A DNA stretch of 64,000 nucleotides from a bacterium (lineage in GTDB: Bacteria > Patescibacteriota > Minisyncoccia > Phycocordibacterales > UBA5272). Each line of letters starts with the position of its first letter. The first letter of the stretch is position 1. The stretch is from assembly GCA_043765155.1 (NCBI GenBank), contig JAYUJP010000027.1:1349-65348 (forward strand), given 5' to 3'. Shown in pieces: positions 48,284-56,897 of this stretch. The notes under the pieces were generated by a model. It made no database searches and had not been told where the DNA came from. It worked only from the letters and a program-made list of their open reading frames with translations. A program made the translations under genes and the position numbers.

Positions 48284-48895
48284 ATGCATCCAAAAAAAGA
48301 AAAAACATTTGTAATATTAAAGCCTGACGCAGTACAGCGCGGACTGGTCGGAGAAGTGACAACAAGATTTGAGCGTATTGGCCTCAAAATAGCTGCTATG
48401 AAAATGGTAGTACCAACCGAGGAGCAATGCTGGAGCCATTATCAAAAAGATGATGCTTGGTATCTTAAAAAGGGTACAAAGCTTATCGAGAACAAGGGTA
48501 AACTAGGACTACCTGTAGAAAAAGAGGCGCTAGAATATGGTAAGGATATTATCCGCGCAGTAGTGAGCTACATGACTGCAGGACCAGTAGTATGTATGGT
48601 GATAGAGGGTAATTACTCAGGCGCAGTAGTCAAAAGATTAGTAGGTAGTACTGAGCCGGCTACTGCTGATACTGGTACTATACGCGGCGACTATGCACTG
48701 GACTCATACTTCCTTTGTGACGCTGACGGGTCACGTGGTATGCGTAACCTAGTGCATTGTACTGATCCAGAAGACGGAGCAGAGGCGTACGGGCGTGAAG
48801 TTGCTATCTGGTTCACAGAGTCTGAGATTATAAATTATAGGCTAGTTAGCGAGGCCATGATGTATGATGTTAACCTTGATGGGATATTAGAATAA
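48284..48895 (+). CDS. ndk: Nucleoside diphosphate kinase, long form with insertions
   Basis: TFVILKPDAVQRGLVGEV..RFERIGLKI, NLVHCTDP (active-site His), and EVAIWF. Confidence 0.7.
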   Translation: MHPKKEKTFVILKPDAVQRGLVGEVTTRFERIGLKIAAMKMVVPTEEQCWSHYQKDDAWYLKKGTKLIENKGKLGLPVEKEALEYGKDIIRAVVSYMTAGPVVCMVIEGNYSGAVVKRLVGSTEPATADTGTIRGDYALDSYFLCDADGSRGMRNLVHCTDPEDGAEAYGREVAIWFTESEIINYRLVSEAMMYDVNLDGILE

Positions 48896-48926
48896 TTTGC
48901 AAAAAGTAAATTAAAAAATAAAACTT

Positions 48927-49445
48927 ATGAACATGAGTCAAACACTAACAAATAATAGTTCTACTTTAGAGACCAATAAACATAATGAGACTAATCCTGG
49001 AGTATCAGAACCGGCAGTAGTTAAAAATTTTGACCTACCAAAGATGGTAAGTTCTGCCCCAGAAAAGATTGTATCAGTAAGTGATTTTCCAGAATTACAA
49101 AAATCGCGAGACGCAGCAGCTGCTGTAATAAAAAGACAGCAAGAGGACTCTTTGAAAATAGCTTTACCGCCACAAAAATTTAGAGCTAGTTGGAGCGAGT
49201 ATCAATCGGGATTAGAAACAAAATCAGTTGGAACTAGAAATGCTCTGGTGTCTACTGCTATTCTTATGGGAACCGGATTAGCAACAGCGGGTCTTGTTAC
49301 TTCAGGATTAGTTGCAGCTACTTCAGGCTTTTTGGCTCTACCTGTTCTGGCTGGGGGTGTAGGTGTTTATGCTCTTTATAAAGCTTTTAAAAAGAGAAGA
49401 GAGGGTAAAAAAATAACAGAGGAATACGAGAGTTATGACAAGTAA
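48927..49445 (+). CDS. Hypothetical protein with C-terminal Gly/Ala-rich TM segments
   Basis: ORF track only. Confidence 0.35.
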   Translation: MNMSQTLTNNSSTLETNKHNETNPGVSEPAVVKNFDLPKMVSSAPEKIVSVSDFPELQKSRDAAAAVIKRQQEDSLKIALPPQKFRASWSEYQSGLETKSVGTRNALVSTAILMGTGLATAGLVTSGLVAATSGFLALPVLAGGVGVYALYKAFKKRREGKKITEEYESYDK

Positions 49446-49550
49446 AATGTATTTAAATTAGTAAAACAAAAAGTGTATAGAAATATACGCTTTTTGTTTT
49501 CATAAATAATTTGCAAAAAATAAAATGGAGTAGTATACTATAAGTAGATT

Positions 49551-49663
49551 TGAGGCATATTATCTGAATATTAATTTTTAGGGTTATGACGTTATTGTGA
49601 GATATTCCGAGGAACTTCTCTTACGCTACCCACTTTACTGAAAGGTAAAGGTAATATGCCTCA
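49551..49663 (+). ncRNA. Candidate structured small RNA or leader element upstream of secY
   Basis: 12-bp closing helix TGAGGCATATTA / TAATATGCCTCA enclosing about 88 nt, with internal helices (CTTTAC-TGAAAG-GTAAAG). Preceded by a TATACT -10-like box. Followed by the hairpin at 49672..49724. Confidence 0.3.
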
Positions 49664-49671
49664 GTCTAAAT

Positions 49672-49724
49672 AAAAACCCTATTTTATAACAAGCTTTGCT
49701 TGTTTTGGAAATAGGGTTTTTATG
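49672..49724 (+). terminator. Hairpin plus T-run (terminator/attenuator) between the candidate sRNA and secY
   Basis: AAACCCTATTT ... AAATAGGGTTTTTATG. Confidence 0.4.
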
Positions 49725-49754
49725 TTATAATATGTAGCATAATAATATAAATAC

Positions 49755-51017
49755 ATGTTTAAATATATAAAAAATGTTTTTTCTGAAAAGACAATAAGAG
49801 ACAGAATCTTTTTTGTAATAGCGATGCTAGCGCTGACCCGCGTGCTGTCAGTTATACCAATACCATCTATTAGCGGCGAGCAGGTAGCCAAATTTGTTAA
49901 TGATAATCAGTTCCTCGGCCTACTTAACATATTTGCTGGAGGAGGATTATCGACACTGTCTATAGTGATGCTAGGTGTGCAGCCATATATTACAGCTAGT
50001 ATTATAACTCAGCTTATGACTGTGCTTTTCCCAAAGCTTAAAAAGATGCAAAAGGAAGAAGGTGAAGCAGGTAGGAGAAAATTTGCTCAGTATACAAGAT
50101 GGTTAACTCCGCCGCTTGCTGTACTACAGGCATTTGGACTACTTACTCTTTTTGTAAAGCAGAATATTATACCGGCAATGTCTAGCTCACAGATGCTCAT
50201 GAATATACTTATAATAACAGCTGGATCTATGCTTATGATGTGGATCGGTGAAGTAATAAATGAAAAGGGTGTAGGTAATGGTATATCACTTGTTATATTT
50301 TCAGGTATTATAGCGACATTACCTTCTACTCTTGTTAACTTGGTTAAAACTGTAGACCCATCTCAATATCCACTTTACGGCGCCCTGTTTGTAACATTCA
50401 TACTTGTACTTATGGGCATAGTAGCAGTAACCGAGGCTGAGAGGCCGCTCGAGGTTACTTATGCAAAGCAGTCACGCGGCTACGCAGATCAGACCATGGT
50501 AACTAGTTATATACCTATGCGCCTAACTATGGCTGGGGTTGTACCTGTTATATTTGCGGTGTCATTACTTATGTTCCCACAATTAATGTCGCAGCTATTA
50601 GCGAGTAGCTCATCATCAATAGGTCAGCTCATAGCGAGTAAGATAAGTCTATTCTTGGGTAATACTTGGATATATTCTCTTGTCTACTTTTCACTTATAG
50701 TTATGTTCACATTCTTTTATACAGTTGTTACTTTTGACCCGATCAAAACTGCTGAGGATCTTCAAAAAGGAGGAGCATTTATACCAGGACATAGACCGGG
50801 CGAGGATACCACTAACTACATGTCAGACGTACTTACGCGTGTAACCACAGTAGGTGCTATATTCTTAGGACTTGTCGCCCTGCTCCCAATTATACTCGGA
50901 GGTATAACAGGCATACAGACACTTTCAGTTGGAGGCACCTCATTACTTATCGCGGTATCAGTAGTCATAGATCTACTCAAAAAGATCGACGCTCAGATGA
51001 CAATGAGGGAGTATTAG
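49755..51017 (+). CDS. secY: Preprotein translocase subunit SecY
   Basis: Ten TM helices. Conserved SecY motifs (GISLVIFSGI, plug/hinge regions). Confidence 0.85.
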   Translation: MFKYIKNVFSEKTIRDRIFFVIAMLALTRVLSVIPIPSISGEQVAKFVNDNQFLGLLNIFAGGGLSTLSIVMLGVQPYITASIITQLMTVLFPKLKKMQKEEGEAGRRKFAQYTRWLTPPLAVLQAFGLLTLFVKQNIIPAMSSSQMLMNILIITAGSMLMMWIGEVINEKGVGNGISLVIFSGIIATLPSTLVNLVKTVDPSQYPLYGALFVTFILVLMGIVAVTEAERPLEVTYAKQSRGYADQTMVTSYIPMRLTMAGVVPVIFAVSLLMFPQLMSQLLASSSSSIGQLIASKISLFLGNTWIYSLVYFSLIVMFTFFYTVVTFDPIKTAEDLQKGGAFIPGHRPGEDTTNYMSDVLTRVTTVGAIFLGLVALLPIILGGITGIQTLSVGGTSLLIAVSVVIDLLKKIDAQMTMREY

Positions 51018-51065
51018 GATAAAAATTATTTTAGCTTAATTTTTAAATAAAAACTTAATATAACT

Positions 51066-51094
51066 AAAAACACTTTTAACTAGAAAGTGTTTTT
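51066..51094 (+). terminator. Rho-independent terminator after secY
   Basis: AAAAACACTTT-TAACTAG-AAAGTGTTTTT. Confidence 0.65.
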
Positions 51095-51145
51095 AGTTTA
51101 TGTATTTTATGCTATAATTACTTTAAGATAATTTTAAATTAAAAT

Positions 51146-52255
51146 ATGGAAAATAGCTTTGTATTATATGGACTTTTTGGGGTAATTGTTTTGGTTTTAT
51201 TTGTGGTTTTATTCTTTCTTCTTAAAATTTTAAATAAAAATAGCGGAGAAGAAATGTCGACTATGATGGATGAGATATATGTTTATAATGAAAAGTTAAA
51301 AGAGGAGATAAAATACTTAAAAGATGAAATGCGTCACAGTCATAAGAGCATAGATCAAAAGGTCTCGGACAATGCACGTGACATGACTGAGAATATCAAG
51401 TATCAGATGAACAAATCTCAAGAGCTTATAAGCGATATCACTCGTGAGCTAACCGAGGTAAAGGAGGGCAATAAGCAAGTATTTAGTATGACTGAGCAGC
51501 TGAGTAACCTAGAAAAAGTTTTGACCAATCAAAAACAGAGAGGTAATTGGGGTGAGTCATCACTTGAATTAATTTTGTCTAATATTATTGGCGGTAATTA
51601 TAGCATGCAGTACAGATTTGAAAATGGTGAGGCTGTGGATGCTGTGGTTAACATCAAAGACAAAGTCCTGCCCATAGACTCAAAGTTTTCACTTGAAAAT
51701 TATCAGCGCTGTATAGATGCTGAGAGTGATGAGGATAGAAAATTTTACGCAGAAGAATTTAAAAAAGACCTAAAAGTACGTATCACCGAGACTGCAAAGT
51801 ACATAAGGGAAAAAGAAAATACGCTACCTATCGCTTTTATGTTTATACCTAGCGAGGCTATATATTATGACTTACTCGCTGGTGAAAATAGTAGAATCAA
51901 GGTGAATACTCAAAAACTTATCGAGTACGCACAGAGTCAAAAGGTGTTTATAGTGTCGCCAACTAGTATACTCGCTTATCTGCACCTCGTGTTATCAGGC
52001 ATCAAAGCTTTTACAATAGAAGAGGGGGCAAAGCAAATACAAAAGAAAGTTGAGGAGTTGGGTAAGCATATAAATGCCTATGAGGATTATTATAAAAAGC
52101 TAGGCAATACGCTCAGCACGACAGTTAATCATTATAATGCCGGCTACAAAGAATTAAAGAAAATAGACAAGGATGTATACAAGATAACCGAGGGGGTGAG
52201 CGGCGGTGATATGGAGGTCCTGAGCATAGACAAGCCAAAAGCAGATGAGGAGTAG
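51146..52255 (+). CDS. rmuC: DNA recombination protein RmuC
   Basis: N-terminal TM. Coiled coil. QRGNWGE motif and RmuC C-terminal nuclease-like region. Confidence 0.75.
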   Translation: MENSFVLYGLFGVIVLVLFVVLFFLLKILNKNSGEEMSTMMDEIYVYNEKLKEEIKYLKDEMRHSHKSIDQKVSDNARDMTENIKYQMNKSQELISDITRELTEVKEGNKQVFSMTEQLSNLEKVLTNQKQRGNWGESSLELILSNIIGGNYSMQYRFENGEAVDAVVNIKDKVLPIDSKFSLENYQRCIDAESDEDRKFYAEEFKKDLKVRITETAKYIREKENTLPIAFMFIPSEAIYYDLLAGENSRIKVNTQKLIEYAQSQKVFIVSPTSILAYLHLVLSGIKAFTIEEGAKQIQKKVEELGKHINAYEDYYKKLGNTLSTTVNHYNAGYKELKKIDKDVYKITEGVSGGDMEVLSIDKPKADEE

Positions 52256-52256
52256 G

Positions 52257-52739
52257 TTAACTTTTATTTAAAATGTCTTTTATCCATAATTCTACCTTAT
52301 CCATGACGTTAGATATATCAGAAGGACTAGATTCAGCTATGTAAATAGTCATGTTGGCGGTTTCTCTAAATAGATTAATTTTGGTGTATATATCAACAGC
52401 ATTTTTAGTCTCATATGATTGGTATATCGCTAAAAGTGTTATAAATATCTGCGCCCCAGTTCTTTTATTTCCGTTACTAAGAAAATGAGACTTTACTATT
52501 GTGTATAAAATAAACGATAGCTTGTTGGCTACCTCTTTATATAAATATTTATCAGAACACACAGTAACAGATCTTTGAAGCACACCAGTTAGATCACCCA
52601 ACTCTTTTTCATTTAATAAGTCCAGAGGTTCCTCGTCTTTGTAGTTTTCAACCAAATTTTTATTTATAGTTTTTATAAAAAATTCTAAATCAAACTCCTC
52701 TACAAATAAAGTAAGATTATCTTTTCTTATCATATTCAA
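52257..52739 (-). CDS. Doc (death-on-curing)/Fic-family toxin-like protein. No convincing Phd antitoxin.
   Basis: HFLSNGNKRTG matches the Doc motif HxFx(D/N)GNKR. Confidence 0.55.
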   Translation of the reverse strand: MNMIRKDNLTLFVEEFDLEFFIKTINKNLVENYKDEEPLDLLNEKELGDLTGVLQRSVTVCSDKYLYKEVANKLSFILYTIVKSHFLSNGNKRTGAQIFITLLAIYQSYETKNAVDIYTKINLFRETANMTIYIAESSPSDISNVMDKVELWIKDILNKS

Positions 52740-52970
52740 ATAAGATGGTATTCATTTCTTTTACGCCTTTAATAAACAATGGGTTATTATTTATGTTATT
52801 GAACTGTCTCATCTTATTATTTTTTGTAAAAAGACTTATTATTTTTTTCATATTTTTATTATACCACCTTTTTTGTAATAGTTGCAACTGTTTAGCTAAT
52901 AAGTGAAAATATTGCAAAATGTTAGAAAATGTAGTATAATAGCAGGACTTTAAATATAAAACATAAATAT

Positions 52971-53372
52971 ATGGCAGACAATACAGAAGAAATCAAAACA
53001 GTAGAGACAAAAGCAAAAACAGTAAAGGCTAAAGTTGTAGTAGAAAAAGCTGAAGAAAAGCTTACTGATTATAGCGTTATCAAAACTGGAGGCAAGCAAT
53101 ATGTAGCAACAAAAGGCATCAAGCTAAGAATAGAGAAGCTAATAGGTGAGCACAAAGAGGGAGATACTATTTCATTTGACGAGGTATTACTTACTTGTGT
53201 TGGCGGCAAATACACAATAGGTGCGCCATTTGTAGCAGGAGCCAAAGTATCTGCAAAGATCATAGATATTACTCGTGATCCAAAGCTTATAGTACTCAGA
53301 TACAGAGCTAAGAGTAGATATCACAAAAAGAATGGTCACAAGCAACCAAAGTTTATAGTTGAGATATTATAA
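52971..53372 (+). CDS. rplU: 50S ribosomal protein L21 with an N-terminal extension
   Basis: YSVIKTGGKQYVATKG...VGGKY...KIIDITRDPKLIVLRYRAKSRYHKK. Confidence 0.8.
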   Translation: MADNTEEIKTVETKAKTVKAKVVVEKAEEKLTDYSVIKTGGKQYVATKGIKLRIEKLIGEHKEGDTISFDEVLLTCVGGKYTIGAPFVAGAKVSAKIIDITRDPKLIVLRYRAKSRYHKKNGHKQPKFIVEIL

Positions 53373-53382
53373 TAAAAATCTA

Positions 53383-53412
53383 AAAGTGCGCACCGCAGGT
53401 GCGCACTTTTAA
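53383..53412 (+). terminator. Rho-independent terminator after rplU
   Basis: AAAAGTGCGCAC-CGCAG-GTGCGCACTTTTAATTT. Confidence 0.75.
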
Positions 53413-53553
53413 TTTGTCATTATTTATGATATAATCATGCTTAAGATAAAGTATAGATATAGCTTAAAACCCTAAAAAGTTGAGCTATGTTGAAAATCCG
53501 TTCTGTGCTGATTAGGTAGGAATAGGAAATGGACCCGACTTTATTTTCTTTAA

Positions 53554-53590
53554 GCCCAGGTGGTGCCAAGTTCAGTAGAGGTAGACACGC
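53554..53590 (+). pseudogene. Degenerate 5' fragment of tRNA-Leu (duplicate of the first about 28-37 nt of the downstream tRNA-Leu)
   Basis: TTTAAGCCCAGGTGGTG and GGTAGACACGC shared with 53631..53660. No T-arm or acceptor 3' half follows. Confidence 0.5.
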
Positions 53591-53633
53591 TTTGTGTTAA
53601 CTAAAACTTTATTAGCAGCATTTGGCAATTTAA

Positions 53634-53718
53634 GCCCAGGTGGTGAAATTGGTAGACACGCTTGCCTTAGGAGCATGTGGAGCAATCCGTGAAGGTTCAA
53701 GTCCTTTCCTGGGCACCA
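53634..53718 (+). tRNA. tRNA-Leu (anticodon TAG), CCA encoded
   Basis: GCCCAGG acceptor. D-arm GTG-AAATTGGTAGA-CAC. Anticodon loop CTTAGGA. Long variable arm. T-arm GAAGG-TTCAAGT-CCTTT. There is one T:T mismatch in the anticodon stem. Confidence 0.7.
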
Positions 53719-53775
53719 AGTCGCGACAGTACGAGGTTCGTCAAAATACCTAATATTACATTAAATTAAAAAATT

Positions 53776-54111
53776 ATGACACCAGATTATATAGATTACG
53801 AAGAAATGTTAGAAATTGATGATTCAAGTGATTTTATTAATTTATTGACTGAGAGAACGTCAACCTTTGGAAAATTATTTGATCTGCTAGATGAAATGAT
53901 TTCTTGGGAAGAAATAAACACTACTATCTCAATTTCTGACTCTGAAGATGGATCAGGAGCAATGATAAAAAGACTGTTTTCAGATAAAACAAAAGCTTTT
54001 GAAATATTATCTTTCATGAAAAAACTCGATAAGATTACTGGATCAAGTACTTTACAAGAAGCAATAATTGCTAAAACTGCAATGGATAGAGTTTACCTTG
54101 GTAAAATTTAA
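53776..54111 (+). CDS. Small acidic hypothetical protein, sole cargo of the tRNA-Leu-flanked segment
   Basis: ORF track. pI strongly acidic. No recognisable domain. Confidence 0.35.
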   Translation: MTPDYIDYEEMLEIDDSSDFINLLTERTSTFGKLFDLLDEMISWEEINTTISISDSEDGSGAMIKRLFSDKTKAFEILSFMKKLDKITGSSTLQEAIIAKTAMDRVYLGKI

Positions 54112-54359
54112 TCAAATAAATCAGAGATGTATTAAAATCTTTGTATATTGTAATTAGATAAAAATATGATGGATACTTTACTTAATAGTGAGTTTTTATG
54201 GTTCTGTTACGATGTGGGGAACATAAAAAAATATAACCCATACGCGAAGAGCGTGTGGGTTTTATTTTTCTGACCAAGAAAGGATCTTGAATACGGGGTC
54301 GAGGAGCAATGTTTTATTGGAGTGCGATAGCACGAACAAGAAAATATGTGCGAGGTGAC

Positions 54360-54378
54360 CAAGTCCTTTCCTGGGCAC
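54360..54378 (+). repeat. Direct repeat of the tRNA-Leu 3' end (CAAGTCCTTTCCTGGGCAC), attR-like
   Basis: 19/19 identity with 53696..53714. No 5' half of a tRNA upstream of it. Confidence 0.6.
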
Positions 54379-54460
54379 ATCAAAATAATGAACGCGATAC
54401 GATAAGTATCGCGTGATTTATTTCTGGCGATACTTTAAACATCATATTATATGATATAAT

Positions 54461-54883
54461 GTGGTTATGAAAATAAAGGTAGAAACAAACATAAATGTAG
54501 CTGTAGAAAAAGCTTGGGAGCACTGGAGCTCACCAGAAAGCATCAAAGGCTGGGCATTTGCAAGTGATGATTGGGAATGTCCTTATGCAGAGAACGACTT
54601 GAGGGTTGGGGGTAGATTTTTAACTAGAATGTCAGCGAAAGATAAATCTATGAGTTTTGACTTTACCGGGATTTATCTCGAAATAGAAGAATACAAATAT
54701 ATCAAATATATTTGTGACGGCGACGATAAAAGGTTAGTTCAAATTACCTTTGAAAAAATAAGCGAAGATGAGACTAAAGTTGTTGAAGAATTTGACCCTG
54801 AAAATATAAACCCAAGTGAGATGCAAAAAGCTGGTTGGCAATCTATTCTAGATAATTTTAAAAAGTGCGTAGAAAATAATTAA
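54461..54883 (+). CDS. SRPBCC (AHSA1/activator-of-Hsp90-ATPase-like) domain protein. The annotated GTG start may be replaced by the ATG at 54467 (possibly leaderless).
   Basis: WEHWSSPESIKGW...RVGGRF...F.G.YLEIEE, AHSA1-like. TGATATAAT -10 ends at 54460. Confidence 0.5.
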   Translation: MVMKIKVETNINVAVEKAWEHWSSPESIKGWAFASDDWECPYAENDLRVGGRFLTRMSAKDKSMSFDFTGIYLEIEEYKYIKYICDGDDKRLVQITFEKISEDETKVVEEFDPENINPSEMQKAGWQSILDNFKKCVENN

Positions 54884-54905
54884 AAATACCAAAATAAACA
54901 ATAAT

Positions 54906-55118
54906 ATGAAAACCTTAAAATGTGACATGTGTGACTTTGTAGAAAAAGGAGACACTTTTGAAAATTGGATGAGTAATCTGAAATCTCATTATGGAGAAAA
55001 ACATATGGATTTTATGATGCAAAAGTCTAACCTAACAGACGAAGAAAAAATGGCAGGTATGCAAAAATGGATGTCAGACAACAGAGCGAGATTTGAATCT
55101 GAACCAGGTAAGAATTAA
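54906..55118 (+). CDS. Small DUF1059-like C-x2-C/His protein
   Basis: MKTLKCDMCDF...HYGEKH pattern. Confidence 0.35.
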   Translation: MKTLKCDMCDFVEKGDTFENWMSNLKSHYGEKHMDFMMQKSNLTDEEKMAGMQKWMSDNRARFESEPGKN

Positions 55119-55128
55119 AGCATAAGAT

Positions 55129-55716
55129 ATGACAATCTTTTACAAGTCACCGATAGGACATTTAAAAATAGAGTTAGAGGAAAACATAAAACAAGAACTC
55201 AAAATAATTTCTTGTATTTTTGTTGATGAAAAAAATGAAAACAAAAACATAGAAGAAGAATTAAAATTAGAAAAACAGAACGATAAAAAAGAATTAGCTA
55301 AAAATATAAGTTTAGAAAAACAAAAAGAAATTTTTGCAGAATTAGATAATTACTTTTTACACAAAAAAGATTTTTCAAAAAAATTTTTAAAAAAGTACAT
55401 CAACATGAGTGAACTATTAAATGCAGACGGTAAAAAAGCGACAGATTTTCAAAAAGATATTTGGGGCGTTATAAATAAAGTTAAAATAGGTCAGGTCATA
55501 AACTATACAGAAATGTCTGAAAGGGCGGGTAGGCCGCACGCTACGCGTGCGGCTGGTAGCGCTTGCGGTCAGAACCCTCTCGCCCTACTTATACCATGTC
55601 ACAGAGTGCTACGTAAAGATGGTGAGATTAATTATAAAGATAGGGGTTATAGCTGGGGACCAGAGAGGAAAACCTGGCTACTAGAACACGAAGGTCACGT
55701 GTTTAAGAAGCTTTAA
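55129..55716 (+). CDS. ogt: Methylated-DNA-protein-cysteine methyltransferase with a K/E-rich N-terminal extension
   Basis: Active site LIPCHRVL (PCHRV). HTH-like ...TEMSERAGRPHATRAAGSACGQNP. Confidence 0.8.
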   Translation: MTIFYKSPIGHLKIELEENIKQELKIISCIFVDEKNENKNIEEELKLEKQNDKKELAKNISLEKQKEIFAELDNYFLHKKDFSKKFLKKYINMSELLNADGKKATDFQKDIWGVINKVKIGQVINYTEMSERAGRPHATRAAGSACGQNPLALLIPCHRVLRKDGEINYKDRGYSWGPERKTWLLEHEGHVFKKL

Positions 55717-55743
55717 AAATGTTATAATTATCCTAAATAAATT

Positions 55744-56463
55744 ATGTCAGAAGAATCAAGAATCAAGAATCAAGATTTTAATAATCTAAATCATAAGCTT
55801 AATGATGCTAATTTCCTTTTAGAATATAAAAGTAAATATGATAACTATCAAGTGTCGCTAGTACCCAAAATATTAGGAGGATTTTTAGTCTGGAGCGGCA
55901 ATATATTTTACGGCGCTGCGCCGTCATATTTAAAGTTTAGAGCGATAGAGGTGATAGCGCGCGTACCTTATCAGTCTTGGGTCTCGGGCGCATATACGTT
56001 ACTCACATTATTTTATACTGATGAGAAAAAGGCGATAGACCTAGCTGACGCAAAATTATTTGCTAGGCATGCTAATGATAATGAGACAATGCATGTCGTT
56101 GTCATATCACATATTGTGAACGTAGAGCATAAAAATATAAATATATTTACTCACAGCATAATACCGATAATATTCTCTTTCTTTTACTTTTGGGTCTCAT
56201 ATCTATTATTTTTGATAAATAGAAAGTGGAGCTATGAGCTCAATTATCTTTTTGAAGATCATTCGTATCATCAGTATAATACCTTTATAAATAGATATGA
56301 GGAAAAGCTAAAAGCCAAAGAGGTATGCAGTGAATTTCTCAATTGGTATGGTCGGGGATGCAGTAACCAGTACGAATTCTTCTTATCGGTCCGTAATGAT
56401 GAGCTTATACATAGAAATTACAGTATCGAGGAATTAGAAAAATTTGAGAGAAATAATAAATAA
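55744..56463 (+). CDS. Alternative-oxidase-like membrane-bound di-iron carboxylate protein
   Basis: All four AOX iron-ligand motifs are present in order: IEVIARVP (cf. LETVAGVP), NDNETMHVV (NERMHL), LFEDHSYHQY (LEEEAIHSY), RNDELIHRN (RADEAHHRD). Hydrophobic membrane-binding segment between motifs 2 and 3. Confidence 0.55.
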   Translation: MSEESRIKNQDFNNLNHKLNDANFLLEYKSKYDNYQVSLVPKILGGFLVWSGNIFYGAAPSYLKFRAIEVIARVPYQSWVSGAYTLLTLFYTDEKKAIDLADAKLFARHANDNETMHVVVISHIVNVEHKNINIFTHSIIPIIFSFFYFWVSYLLFLINRKWSYELNYLFEDHSYHQYNTFINRYEEKLKAKEVCSEFLNWYGRGCSNQYEFFLSVRNDELIHRNYSIEELEKFERNNK

Positions 56464-56469
56464 AAAGAA

Positions 56470-56508
56470 AACCCGCCAAAACGAATTTTCTTCGTTGGCG
56501 GGTTTATT
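56470..56508. terminator. Bidirectional rho-independent terminator (AOX-like gene and island lipoprotein)
   Basis: AAAACCCGCCAA...TTGGCGGGTTTATTT. Confidence 0.7.
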
Positions 56509-56734
56509 TGCTACAGGTAGCAATTTGACCGTCGTTCCGGTACCTTACGCTTGCTCCTCCATTTGGGAACATAAGGTAAGCTATGCCGTCTATACAAATC
56601 GGTTTTGTCATAGGAACAATTTTCTGCTTTTCTGCTTCGTTGCTTACAACGGGAACGCTTTTTTGTCCTAATAAGTCGCAACCAGCGAGTGCGATAAACG
56701 TTACAAATACAGCGGTAATTTTAATAACTTTCAT
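56504..56734 (-). CDS. Small lipoprotein on the second GC-rich (foreign-looking) island
   Basis: AGGAGG SD 6 nt before ATG. Lipobox LAGC. Local GC about 45-50%. No close family recognised by eye. Confidence 0.5.
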   Translation of the reverse strand: MKVIKITAVFVTFIALAGCDLLGQKSVPVVSNEAEKQKIVPMTKPICIDGIAYLMFPNGGASVRYRNDGQIATCSK

Positions 56735-56897
56735 TTTGGCCTCCTTAGCCTGAATCTGGATTGACGAATATCAATCTCTGTGTTTTATTATATCAGATAT
56801 AAATAATTTTGTCAATAGCTATAAAGTCTTTTGTTTTCTTGACTTTGAGTACTACTTTTGCTATAAATAATAGTAAGAAAAATACTAATTTAAAAAT

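Noticed and set aside
49679-49891. Minus-strand ORF overlapping the secY start and leader
   Set aside because: It overlaps the well-supported secY N-terminus and the terminator hairpin, and has no start context.
52717-52917. 66-aa ORF upstream of and overlapping the Doc gene start as a Phd-like antitoxin
   Set aside because: The sequence does not resemble Phd/YefM or other known antitoxins. It overlaps Doc by 23 nt in a different frame and lies in promoter-like AT-rich DNA. Doc is treated as an orphan for now.
56444-56671. Plus-strand ORF 56444..56671 on island 2
   Set aside because: It spans the bidirectional terminator and is antisense to the SD-equipped lipoprotein gene.
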